A DNA stretch of 64,000 nt, taken from positions 28,212,001 to 28,276,000 of the forward strand of contig NW_024704743.1 in assembly GCF_018977255.1 (NCBI RefSeq), in the 5' to 3' direction. The position numbers were made by a program, and so were the translations under genes. This document shows positions 49,078 through 61,010 of the stretch, in pieces. Position 1 is the stretch's first letter. Each line of letters starts with the position of its first letter. The DNA comes from Callorhinchus milii. Its lineage: Eukaryota. The notes beneath the pieces are model-generated. The model was not told the DNA's origin. It made no database searches and worked only from the letters and a program-made list of their open reading frames with translations.

Positions 49078-50261
49078 GTAAGTATTTCTGGCTCTTCATT
49101 TCAAGACATGCAACCAAAGCATGAATGAAAATGTAATGTTTACAATGAGGTGAAACACTTGGGTGAAATCCTCTGTTTGTCTCTAGCATGAGACTGCACC
49201 TTCAGGAGAGGAGAAGAAAATATTGTAGGGGGGAAATATTATTTGAGATGCATTAACCATAATTGGGGAGAATTTGGATTTACTTAATTTATGTAGCATT
49301 TTAGAGTGTTCCAAATTTGCCAAATGTTGAATTCAGTCAACTTTGAAGTCGTTTTTCTGTTGTTAAAGCTGTATTTAAAAAAATTCAAAATTCTTAACAT
49401 GGAAATGTTACATTAACGGAATAAATCTAGACCCAGCTGGAATTTTACCATTTAAATTTGCTTTGAAATATTTCCACAATTTCCACAATATTTCCTACAA
49501 TTTCCACTGGAGGTGCAGATATCTAAGGTTAGCATAAAGGAATTAAAAAACGAGATACGACACTGTTCCTGCTAGTGATCAAGGCTACAGTTAGCTATTC
49601 GCTATGAAACATGTCTATACACTGCAGAACTTTCAGATGGGCCAATGATTTCTTTCATCCTCGTATCAATGTACAGCATATGGCCTCCCATCCTTGCCCC
49701 TCCCCCCCCATCATTGGCTGTGCATGACTTCCTATTCATTAGAGCCTACAGTTTCCTGGTAATATTATACATCCAAGTTTCTGTTCCCACTGGCTTTTTG
49801 GAACCAGAAACTCAAGATATTCAGGAGTGGTGCCCGAGAACGATTACATGGAAGTGAGAAGAAAGCAATAAGTTCAGAAAAATGTTCTTTAAATAATTTA
49901 TTATAATTTGATGTCTACTTTTAAAATATGTTTTCACCAAAATGTAAAAGTGCATTTCTTAGTGAAAGGTCTGTGAGAAGGTGAGTGGAATAACTCAAAA
50001 CATTGTAAGGAAGAGGACTGCCAATAATAAAAGTCAATTTCCACCGAATATTGTTCAGCAAGGCTACGTTTGAGGAGTTTGAATGGTGCAATCAATAGTG
50101 CATGGAAGTAATTTGAAGCTAACATTTTTAAGCTCTTCAAGAATATTGTTTTATTATATTTATTGTGGTTAATCCTGCTTCCATGTCATATCACAATTTC
50201 TGATCCCACTCCCTCTTTGGTGATACAGTAGTAACATTCCACTATTTTGCGTGGGTTTCAG

Positions 50262-50374
50262 GTGGCTGAGTTGGCAAATCCGGTCACCTGGCTAGATGCT
50301 GGGACACAAGTGTTTTATTCCTTTTCCCTGGCGTCTGGTGGCTTGATATCCTTCTCCAGTTATAACTCAGTTCA
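50262..50374 (+). CDS. SLC6A19: SLC6A19 exon 6 (TM6; absent from the ORF track)
   Basis: [37 protein letters not shown]; acceptor tttcag, donor gtaagt; 113 nt. Confidence 0.97.
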
Positions 50375-50487
50375 GTAAGTATCTTCTGCTGACTTGCACC
50401 AACCCATTGAGTTAAAATGTAATCCCTTTGTACTGAAAGACAAGATATCCATCAACTGAATGCTTTCCTCTTTTCTTTATCCCATAG

Positions 50488-50616
50488 CAACAATTGTGAG
50501 AAAGATGCTGTGATTATCTCCGTCATCAATGGCTTCACATCCATATATGCAGCCATTGTAATATACTCCATCATAGGTTTCCGAGCAACAGAACAATTTG
50601 ATGCCTGCTTTGATGC
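50488..50616 (+). CDS. SLC6A19: SLC6A19 exon 7 (absent from the ORF track)
   Basis: [42 protein letters not shown]; 129 nt. Confidence 0.97.
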
Positions 50617-51049
50617 GTAAGTCACTCCCCAGAGATTATTACACTTTGAAATCCAACGAAAGATCAATCATTCTGTTGTTCAGGAGCACCATTTTAATGA
50701 AAATTAGGAAAACAGTTGATCGATGCAACTTTTGGTAAACAAACAGAAATTACTGTCATTTTTTTTGTCCACATTTAAGAAGAGCAGGTTCAGAGATAGT
50801 TACATAGTGTGCTTTTTCTTTCAACTCAAGAGCTGGATCTAGTTCAGTGGGCATTGAAACAGAATTACCGTTTATTAAAAGGTGCATGTGTGTGAGACAA
50901 CATCATGCTATAGTTAAGTTGGGTTTGCCCCATTCTCAGCCTTCCTTTTTTTATGCCAGAGCAATTTCATGAAATTCAGAGGTGATATGGAGTCTAATTT
51001 GCAGTATTCCTTAGTATAAAATCCAAGTTATACAAATGTGGACTCCTTC

Positions 51050-51210
51050 TGGTAACTGGAAGTACCATTCATAAATTTAGATATTACTCCTTCAACATTT
51101 GTATCCAGAACATTGATATTATAGAAAACAAGAAAGGTCCTAACACTGATCCCTGAAGCAACCACTACCTACTCTCTGTCAATCGGAAAAATATCCCTTC
51201 ATTCCCATTC
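51050..51210 (-). mobile_element. CR1 RT fragment
   Basis: aaaggtcctaacactgatccctga reads QGSVLGPF on the reverse strand. Confidence 0.65.
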
Positions 51211-51419
51211 TCTTCCACCTGTCCTTCTACCATTGCACTATCCCCTTCCCCATGCATTGCATTGGAAGATCATCAAGTAGTAGGAAAGTATACTCGAGAA
51301 AGACTCTGAACACAGAAAAAATGATAAAAGTCAGTTTAATAAAACAAAAGCAAAGTCCTGTAACTGTGATCAATGTCCAAAACACTCATTTTGTTTTGTT
51401 TTATCTTGCTTTCTTGCAG

Positions 51420-51576
51420 CAATATTCTAGCCTTGACCAATACCTTTGATCTACCAGAAACAAATTTAACCCAAGACAACTATTACCAAGTGCTGAGTTA
51501 TTTAAACAGCACAGAACCCCAAACCATTGCCAACCTCAATCTGAAGACCTGTGATCTGGATAATATATTGAGCCAG
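51420..51576 (+). CDS. SLC6A19: SLC6A19 exon 8
   Basis: NILALTNTFDLPETNLTQDNY...LKTCDLDNILSQ; 157 nt. Confidence 0.96.
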
Positions 51577-51869
51577 GTACATACCTTCAGCTTACACTGT
51601 GAATACCTTTTTTTCTTTGAATACGTCTTTCAAAGCTTTTCAAATCCAATTTGCCACCCATCTCCATCTTTGCAATTCTGTTCCTGAAATGATAACAATA
51701 CTCCTATGTAACCCTTCCTGAAAGCATTCTGCAAAAAGCTATGATTATACAAATTCATAGATATATATCTATTGTACACTTTTTGCTGTGAAGCATAAGG
51801 CAGCTGTCATTCACCCTCCATCCCTCTTCCTTAACCCTCTATCCTGTATCCAATACATTTCTTTTACCT

Positions 51870-52088
51870 TGAATTTCCTTCTCTTCAACTCACCTCATCC
51901 CTTGCCTTCTCAAGAACCCCTCAAGCCCTTCCTCTTTGACCACACTTACAGCAATCTTTCACTCCCTTGCCCACCATGCCTTAGGCCCCTATTTCCAGCT
52001 TGGTGCAAGCCCTGGATATTCCAGTGCCTTGGGATGTCCGCTCCATGTGGAAGGCACTATATAAATGTAAATTTGTATTGTATTGTAT
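51870..52088 (+). mobile_element. L2 LINE 3' end abutting the exon 9 acceptor
   Basis: ccttcctctttgaccacactta...ttgggatgtcc...aaggcactatataaatgtaaatttgtattgtattgtat. Confidence 0.85.
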
Positions 52089-52090
52089 AG

Positions 52091-52295
52091 GGTGTGGAAG
52101 GAACCGGATTAGCTTTTATTGTCTTTACCGAAGCTATTACAAAAATGCCAGTCTCTCCACTCTGGTCCATTTTGTTCTTCGTAATGTTGTTCTGCTTGGG
52201 GCTGTCATCAATGTTTGGAAATATAGAAGGTGTATTAGTCCCCATCCAAGACATGAAGCTCTATCCAAAGAAATGGCCGAAGGAATTTCTTACTG
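52091..52295 (+). CDS. SLC6A19: SLC6A19 exon 9
   Basis: [47 protein letters not shown]...WPKEFLT; 205 nt. Confidence 0.97.
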
Positions 52296-52313
52296 GTAAA
52301 GTAACACTTCATG

Positions 52314-52490
<177 letters not shown>

Positions 52491-53264
52491 GCGTGTCTCT
52501 CTGTCCGCCTATCCACCTGTCTGTCCATCTATCCACTTGTCTCCCCACTGGTATGTGTATCTATGTTCCTGGCATTGGATTGCTGAGGTGTTGGTTGCCC
52601 TCTGGCACCTCATGCAAATGGCCTTCTTCATGTGTTGCGCCTCTTGGAAATGAGTGTTGGTATTGTACATGGTCAATGGTTATCAGCACAAACCATCAAC
52701 ATATTAACACATCAGAGTTTAGGATAACATACAGGTGGCTCACTCGATAAACAGCATTAGCACTCTGTAAAACTTTGATGCAATTTTTTGTGCCCTTCTG
52801 TAAAGTTGTGATGTAATGGGATTATTTATGCCATGGAATTTCATTGTCTCTCTCAGAGATCTAAGCAATTGAAATATCCTTCCTGAAATGACGATAATCC
52901 CAGTCAAAGGGAAGTTTCATGGAGCCCAAAAAATATGGGACAGTTTGTCCTGTATTCTCACTTACCACATTGTCATGATTCTGCTGAGCCTGTACACACT
53001 ACAAGTGCTATTCAGCATTCACTGCAGCACACACAGCGTAAATATTATTATAGATAAAATCAGCTAAAGTTGGTTTTAGACTTCATCTTCTCTCTCCACT
53101 TCATCTTCAGCAACATTTTTTAGTTGTAACTGCACTTGGGTATATATGGGTATTTATGGGTATTCAAAGAATTGATAAAAAAAAACATGGAGTTGTGTGG
53201 AAACAGATGGTATTTGATAGCCCTGCAGCCCAACAAATATCTTCCTTTTTTTCTCTCTTTGCAG

Positions 53265-53424
53265 GCACGATCTGTCTGGTGTGCTTTTTCATCGCATTTA
53301 TATTTGCCCTGAATTCGGGAAACTATTGGCTGGCTCTCTTTGACACATACGCCGGCTCCATCCCTCTGTTAGTTGTTGCTTTTTGTGAGATGGTGTCCAT
53401 TGTATACATTTATGGCATAGACAG
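53265..53424 (+). CDS. SLC6A19: SLC6A19 exon 10
   Basis: [52 protein letters not shown]; 160 nt. Confidence 0.97.
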
Positions 53425-53439
53425 GTAAGATTACCCAGT

Positions 53440-53552
53440 TGCCCCTCTCCCCCAGACCGCATGCCCAACTCAGGTACACACTGTAGACTGTCCAACACCT
53501 TAGGACATCCTCCTGATGTGAAAGACAAAGTAAATGTAAATTTGTATTGTAC
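53440..53552 (+). mobile_element. L2 LINE 3' tail just downstream of exon 10
   Basis: taggacatcctcctgatgtgaaagac...aaatgtaaatttgtattgta. Confidence 0.75.
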
Positions 53553-54950
53553 TCTATTATACTTCAATTCACAGGGGTTGTTTAAAACATTTGGCTTAAG
53601 ATACTGCAACCCTGTTGTTTTGCACACCTGCAATGGAGGGCATGTAAATGTTTTACAGGCTTTTAAAGATGATTATTGGTAGCTTACCCTGTACTTCGTG
53701 CTTGACTTCACCAAATACTGCATAACCTCTTCCTGGTTGAAAACATAGAGACATGTTTGTTCTCCGTGCGATTCCTGTGTTGATTTAAGTATTTGCTTCC
53801 CAACCATAAAACTACAAATGACCTAGATCCATTACATTTCACCACCTCATTGTCCTACATGAACCATTGCTCTCCACCTCAGGTTATGGCCAAGTTAATG
53901 ATTGGGGGGAGATTATAGATATTTGTAAATTCTTGGTAAAAATACAGCTTTCTTTGCAAATGTGACATTTCTGCCATTGGTTTACCATGGTGTAAAATCA
54001 GCTTGACAGAAATGGTTCAGTGTGTAAAGATGTGTGTCTGTGTGCTGCCAAGGCTGATCAGGTAGTAACCCAAATTGTGCTCTTTACTCTATAATATTCT
54101 TCAGTTCAATAATCCCTGCATTTGATAATTCTAACAAGCATCTGCAATCATCTCTGATCCCTTTTCCATTGTTGCAATGGCACCAAGAATGTGACATGTT
54201 CTATTAAACCATTAAATATATTGAACAACCTTATCATGAGATTGGTTTACAGGGGCTGAAAATGGAGATGATGATGGTTTGTAGAGCAGAGTCGTTTACT
54301 TGAAATTACAAATAATTTTAGCCTGTAAGAGCATTTTGTCCTAGAAGTTACAATTTGTCAAATTCTTAATTTTGTATAAAATCTGCGTAATTTATGGCAC
54401 AGAATGTTTGCTGTTTGCTGTTGGATGTTCGCTGTTCAGTGATACACAATCGCTCCAGTGATTCAGTATGTTTCTGTCCTCTCTCCCTAGCTCACAAAAT
54501 TATTTTGAATGAAGAAGGCCCTTTGGCCCGTCTAATCCCGAATACCTACCCTACTGTCCTCCCATCGCAGCATCAAACTGTTTTCAGTGCCTTCCAACAT
54601 GGGCTCGATATAAAGTCTGGGTCTTGAATTTAAAACATACTCAGAAGCAGACTTTAGCTCAATCATCAGCGACTGAGCTCAGAACGCTCTGATCCCATTA
54701 GAAATCCCACATTGTAAACCCCAATATTTGTCGAAACATAATTAGTAACCCAGTTGTTGGCAGCTGTTGGTATCATTCCAGAATTAGAGAAGGGTGAATT
54801 AACCGGGATGAGAAATTCCATTGTTCGGGTGAAGGAGACCATTATAATTGTGCTGCTCATAAATGTTGTGCCAATCACACAGATTACCTTATTAGTATCT
54901 GTTCATCTATACGTCTCCCTTATTTTAAAGAACAAACTATTTATTTACAG

Positions 54951-55113
54951 ATTCAACGAAGACATCGAATGGATGATTGGTCACAAGCCAAATATCTTTT
55001 GGCAGGTTACCTGGAGATTCATCAGCCCAATCATAATGCTGGTCATATTCATATTCTACCTCGTAATAACAGTGACTGAAAAGTTGACGTACATTACCTG
55101 GGATATAGATTAT
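54951..55113 (+). CDS. SLC6A19: SLC6A19 exon 11
   Basis: [26 protein letters not shown]...YITWDIDY; donor gtgagt; 163 nt. Confidence 0.97.
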
Positions 55114-55879
55114 GTGAGTATATATTATAAACCAGTGCTGGGCAATTTCCCTTAAGATCAAATGTATCTTTTAATGAAGGCCCAATTGTTGCAGAAATGT
55201 TCCTGGCCTAGAATGGATCCAGGGGCAAATTGTCTCGAGCTATTTGTTTAGGACTGGAGTAACAGTAACTTGTAAAATGGAGCCACATATATTGCCCAAA
55301 TAACATCTATGGTAAACTGGCCAATCTGTCTGGTAAACCCAAGGCAATTCTGGTCCGTACCATTTAAGATAAGCTTCAAGGAAATAAATACTCCATTTCT
55401 CGCTCCCCCTTATTTTGCCTCACATATTTATGCAATTATCTTTAATGCACTCATCTTCACCAGCTATTTGTAGTGGAGGCTTTCCATTTTCTAAAAAAGA
55501 AACTACTGGCCACTTACTTCATTCATACCATATATTTCAAAGTGCTTCACTGGCTATTCTGTAAAGTGGAGTGACTGTATGTATTGTGAGCAAATATAGC
55601 AGCCAATTTGAACATCACAGTGTTGCGCCAACAACTATGAAGTAAATGATCAATTTTATTTGGGGATTGTTGGCCAGGACAGCAGTAGAGACTCTATATC
55701 ACCACCACATTTTCAGTAACATATGCGGAATGTCTGTTTTTAGTGTGATTTGGTTAGCTCTTCAATGATTTTGGTTTTATAGATTTGTTTTTTACATGTG
55801 GCATGACTATATGATGTTTTTGTAAGTATCGTAACTTTTTTTCATGCACTATTCATATTTACATATGTTTGTTATACAG

Positions 55880-56089
55880 GTGAATTTCCCCAACCAGTTT
55901 GAGAAACCTTACCCTAGCTGGGTGACTGGAGTTATTCTCATTTTGGCTGGCATACCCAGTTTAGTCATACCTTTCACTGCCATCTATTTGTGCATCCAAA
56001 ACAAGTGCAAGAAGAACAATGACCAGCAGAGCCTTGTCCAGTCTACATCAGTCACTTCAGTAAATGGAATAGCAAACAAACTAGTGTAA
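55880..56089 (+). CDS. SLC6A19: SLC6A19 exon 12 (terminal coding exon)
   Basis: VNFPNQFEKPYPSWVTGVILILAGIPSLVIP...NGIANKLV*; 210 nt; joined CDS is 1911 nt and in frame. Confidence 0.95.
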   Translation: MNFPNQFEKPYPSWVTGVILILAGIPSLVIPFTAIYLCIQNKCKKNNDQQSLVQSTSVTSVNGIANKLV

Positions 56090-56769
56090 CTGGACTCCTC
56101 AAAAACAATAGCAGTAATTTATATTACTCACTTTGCCATGAACTGTATTCCAAAACAAAATGCACAAGAACCGACAGCTGAAAATATTTTAAATTGTTCA
56201 TGTTTTTACTTTGATGGAATATATTGGTTTTATATCCTGCCATAAATGAGCTTCTGGTTTACAATCACCCTAAAGCATGTATTTTAACAGACCATATTTG
56301 AACTTTGTCGAAAAAGTGTTTTTGTTTTTCTTTCGAGAGCAGATGCTAGGGGCTCCGAGCTACATCACTGATGAGAGGTTACCCTGCTTTGTTTCAGGGC
56401 TGATCTAATGGCCCTAAACTAACACACTACATCCCATTCATTTCTCAGTCCTTAAGGTTCCAGCATTTCCAAATAGTAAAATCCCAAATGGTAAGTAGCA
56501 ACGTATGTGCAATGCTTTACAAAGCTTCCTCCTGAAAAACACTGGGCTTCAAAAGTTGCCGAATTATTCCTATGTTATAATCAATGTCTAACCTCAGCGC
56601 AATGGAAGTAACTATTGACTTCTACATTGTAAGTTATCCTTTAGACCTCAGAGCAATTCTCTTACCATTCACTTTTTAGTTTCCCCAAGTCCCCAGGGTA
56701 ACATCTAAAGGAGAGTGGGTGATTACTTCAAACACGTGGGTGAAAGTAAACATTTTTGTACCCTACAAT

Positions 56770-56775
56770 AATAAA
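56770..56775 (+). terminator. Candidate SLC6A19 poly(A) signal (a second AATAAA lies at 57323-57328)
   Basis: First AATAAA I see after the stop codon; no transcript data. Confidence 0.4.
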
Positions 56776-57120
56776 TCATAATAAGAAGCCATTATGTTAA
56801 CTCATTGAGCCTGTTCCACCATTTTATTAGATCCAATTTCTCTGCCTTTTCTCCTTAATCCTTTAATAATCTTATTTCCCACAAATGTATCTAGTGTATT
56901 TTCCTTTTAAACATCCCAATCAGTTCTGCATCAATCCTCTTCTTGGGCAGTGCAATCCACATTCCTACAACCATTTGTGCTATAAATGCTTTCTGATTTC
57001 ACTTTTAACTGTCTTAGGTCTAATGTTAAGACAATGCTGTTTTGAGTTGGATTTCTTTATAAGGGAAACATTGTCCCCTATGTGGCTTGCTAATTCCCTA
57101 TATATAAAAAAAGGATAAAC

Positions 57121-57161
57121 TGGGTTCTGACGTAGGGTCGTGGACCCGAAACGTTGACTCA
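57121..57161 (+). ncRNA. Minimal type I hammerhead ribozyme-like motif (variant core)
   Basis: Stem I UGGGUU/GACUCA, core CUGACG(U)A, stem II GGGUC-GUG-GACCC, GAAAC, palindromic AACGUU. Confidence 0.6.
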
Positions 57162-57262
57162 CTTTCCTTTCTCCATAAATGTTACCTGACCTGCTGAGTG
57201 TTCCTAGCGACCTCTGTTTTCATTTCAGATTTCCTGCATCTGCAGTATTTTGCGTTTTCTTT
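57121..57262 (+). mobile_element. Penelope-like element terminal repeat containing a minimal hammerhead motif
   Basis: ctgacgtagggtcgtggacccgaaacgttg...acctgacctgctgagtg...cagatttcctgcatctgcagtattttgc resembles the common chondrichthyan Penelope-type repeat. Confidence 0.7.
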
Positions 57263-58255
57263 ATCTTTCCTAAGGTTGGGTGCCCAATTATATTAATACT
57301 GCCCGGGAATTAAGGTTACAATAATAAAGAATAGACAAAATGAGAAATCAGGTACACATTAAGGGAAGTAGTTACATCAAGATTGCTTTTCTCTCATACC
57401 TCAAATACAGCATGTAGTTGTTTCAGCAGCTGCCACTGGCACTTCTGCCCTGGCTGTTCCTATTAAACACACAGCTGCTATTCAACACAACAGCTAATGA
57501 TTTGCAAATGTGACTATGACCTTTACTGGCAAATACATTTTGAAAATAGATAACACTTAAGCAAGTTCAGAGGTTTTGACTATTTGATCTTCAGGGCCCT
57601 TCCAGAATTAGAGTCTAATCAGAACAGCCATTGGTATCGTATCCCCTCCACCTCCTTTTCTGAATAATAATACACTGGTACACAGTTCAATAACCTGCAA
57701 CAAATGATTGTTTTCACTTTCCAATTCAAAGCTTAATGATTTATACAGAGGCACCAAATATCCTACCTATGTCTGGCACCTGAGCTTGAAGATAGAAAAC
57801 TCTGGGTATGAATCTTGGTCTTTACCTTCAAGATCAACAAAAAGAGTAACATCTTTGAACTCTCCACCTGGGGTTCAAATGACTGAGGAAACATTCCTGT
57901 TAAAAGCAATGCACAACAAACATTAATCCAAAGCACTGTTGATGATTGATCAATTTGTTTGCCCCATGAATATTATTCGAATGTGTCCTAAACCCTGTGA
58001 GCCAAAGTTCTAATGGGTCCAAGTTATACTACCAGAACTTCCCAGTGCATTGTGTGGTTACCATTATAGGAGGGTTGTTAATCTGATGTTATTCATTCAT
58101 CCTTGGCTACAAAAACAGCAATATAATGTTGGTCAGGGATATGAACGAATTATTTTTTAAAAGGGAAGGAGGCCAAAATGAGCTCTGGAATTGCTTCATT
58201 CCTTCACCTGTTAGGACAGAGCATGGATTAGGAAGTGATGTATTATGGTGGAAAT

Positions 58256-58420
58256 CAGGGTGGTCCAACTGGCAGCCCAAGGCCTCATCCGGGTCGGAAG
58301 ATGGTTTCATCTGGACCACAAACCATTCCCAACTTCATTGTCCACCGAGCAAATACAGCCCGCGGACATTTCTTAAATCCGGTATCCGGCCCTCAGCAGC
58401 CAAAAGGTTGGACCACCCTG
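58256..58420 (+). mobile_element. Non-autonomous hAT (Charlie-like) MITE, 165 bp
   Basis: Perfect 14-bp TIRs CAGGGTGGTCCAAC / GTTGGACCACCCTG; decayed 8-bp flanks GTGGAAAT / GTGCAAGA. Confidence 0.9.
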
Positions 58421-58833
58421 GTGCAAGAATATGAAAGATAAACTTTTGAAGGATATGGGTGTCATGAGTGTAGATTCAGACCTTTCAGGAGCTATTTAGA
58501 GGTAATAATACAGTGTAAATTTCTGCCTTAATTATTGCAGCTATCAAAAATTGCATATTTATTTCCTGAACTTTTGAGAAATGTCTTAAATAAAACATTA
58601 TCTGGAAGCAAAATAAAATCTTTTACAGAACTGTGTCCGTGTGGTGTGAATTTAATTTTCATTCACCTCAATTTTCCCCCTTTTTTTGTCTTCCACAATC
58701 TGAGTGAATTCTTCAAATAGGTTTATTGATCACAGCTGTTCAGGTGCACATGTAGCTACTTTAAATAAGAGACTTCCAAAGTTTGCACAAGTAATAATAA
58801 TGATAATAATTCTTACATTTGGTATTACATACA

Positions 58834-59010
58834 GAGCACTCGCTTCACAAACTAAAGGACCTGGGTTCGATTCCCGACCCAGGCAAATCGTTGGGCAAGT
58901 TTCCTTACTCCACATTCCTCTGTTCATCTAGCAGTAAGTAGGAACCCGGCTGTATCGGGGAGAGATGATAAGGTGCTGTATTAAATGCAAGGATTATTAT
59001 TATTATTATT
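58834..59010 (+). mobile_element. SINE, long subfamily, internally deleted
   Basis: agagcactcgct...gggttcgattcc...ctagcagtaagtaggaacc jumps straight to tail aaatgcaagg(att)n. Confidence 0.85.
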
Positions 59011-59603
59011 AAAATTTCCCCACATAATAGTGTATTTCTGGGACGTCTCAGATGCATCAGACATAAATATGAATGCCTTCTAATCCACCTGGATCTAGAT
59101 TTACATATTGAACTTATACTATAATATCTTGAATATATAAAACATAATCCTTACATTTGATATAGTACCTTTCACAACTGCAGGATGTCTCAAAGTTTTT
59201 TGTAGAATGTACTGTAAAATCTAGTGACTGTGTATTTTGTAAGAAAATGCAACAGCCAATTTGTGCACATGTCCAAAAACTCCCACAAAGTGAATGATCA
59301 ATTTTGTCCAGATGAGGAAACTGAAGCTCACTAAATGTCAATTACCCTGTTATCATTTAACATCTTTCCATTAGTATTTGATAGCCTTGTTAGTTATCTA
59401 CACTTCTCTTGTTTTCCAAATGTCTTGAGCAAATGGCATTGTTCCTTTGTGGTCTGGCTCCACCCCACTCCCCTACATTGGAATATAATCCGTGTTCTTC
59501 CTGTTACAACACTGGAACTAATTGCATTGTTAAAAAGTAACACAACGTATTATTTAGAAAAACGCTCAGATATAAGCACTGCCAGTATTCTTCTTTAGTG
59601 GTG

Positions 59604-59775
59604 ATGGCAATAGATAAGGCTACTGTTTCGGTGGTAAGCAATGCTGGTAATGAGCAGGAAGAGGACCGACCTAAATGGGACAATAAATTTCAATATCTTC
59701 TGACCTGTGCCGGATTCGCCGTGGGACTGGGAAACATTTGGAGATTCCCTTACCTCTGTCAGACCTATGGAGGTG
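59604..59775 (+). CDS. SLC6A18: SLC6A18 (B0AT3) coding exon 1; the gene continues beyond the window
   Basis: MAIDK...[38 protein letters not shown]; donor gtgagt. [16 protein letters not shown] and the tandem position after SLC6A19 match SLC6A18. Confidence 0.9.
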
Positions 59776-59879
59776 GTGAGTACAACAGCAGGAAGGGAGA
59801 GGAGATTAGCATGTAGAAGAATCTTACCTCCTCACTCTTATCTTTCCTAGTGTTTCTACTTTGGTCTTTTCTAATGGCT

Positions 59880-61010
59880 TCTCCTCCGACTCTGCTTAGT
59901 GATGTGTGAAATTCCTCTGGGCTCTATTCTCGGTCTCTCCTTTTCAATATCTGCACGCTTCCACTTGGCATTGTCATCCAAAGGCAAGGGATTAACTTCC
60001 ACATGTATGTGAATGACACCTAACTTCATCACTATGCCTGTCCTGACCGACTGCCTGTCAGAACTGATGTTCTGAATATTCTCTACATTTCTCCAGTTGA
60101 TTGTCGATACGACAGAGGCTCAACTGCTTGTCTCCCGTCAGTGCCTTCTCACCTCAGATGCTGACACGTATCAACCTCCATGAATGTACATTTCACTTTG
60201 TAGAGCCAATGTAGAATCTTGGTGTCTTGTTTGACTCCAAATGTCCATTCAACACAACATCTGTACTCTGGTCTGATCAGCTTTCCCCCACCTCTGAAAT
60301 AATGCGCACCTCGGTCACTGCCTTTCTCCTCAGACCAACAAGACCCTTACAGGAGTTCCGTAGCTCAGTGGTTAGAGCACTTGCTTTGCAAGCGAGACAC
60401 CTGGGTTCAACTCCAAGCAGGGCGAAACCTTGGGCAAGTTTCCTTACACCACACACTTAATAATAATCCCTCCAAAACAAAACAATAATAAATTGGTCAT
60501 TTTCAATCCACGACTGTTTGTGGGATTCTGCTGTGAGCAATTGCTGCCGCGTTTTGCCCACAAATATACGGTCAATTCACTTTACAGCATATTCTGTGAT
60601 GTGCTTTGTGACGTTGAGAAGATGTGAAAAGCGCTATATCAAATGCAAGGATTATTATTATTATCCATGCATTTATATGTCTACGTTTGACTTCATTAAT
60701 GCTCTGCTTACCAAGGTCCTTAGTGCTTCCTTGCACAAGTTGCAGACTATCCAGAACACTGCAGGGCATGTACTCCACTCTTTAGAACTCCATCCCAGAG
60801 TCCCTTTGACTTGTTCACTCCCTCACCTCGTTCATGGTCCATCTCAAGACTTACTTCTTTGACCAGGCTTTTGGTCATATTTTCCCTCCCCACCCCCCTC
60901 ATCTCCCACTTGCAGCTCAGGTTCCAAGTGATTGGTAGGTGTTGAGCACTTTGGGATGTCTTCCTGATGTGAAAGGCACTATATAAATGTAAATTTGTAT
61001 TGCTGTTTGT
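59880..61010 (+). mobile_element. Decayed L2 LINE split by a SINE
   Basis: GINFHMYVNDT* RT remnant (about 59990-60023), LHKLQTIQNTA (about 60730), tail at about 60945-61010. Confidence 0.8.
60352..60664 (+). mobile_element. Young SINE, full length, short subfamily
   Basis: Same consensus. Confidence 0.92.

Noticed and set aside
56368..56392. CTGATGA followed by a short hairpin in the SLC6A19 3'UTR (second hammerhead?)
   Set aside because: No GAAA box after the stem and no stem I or III.
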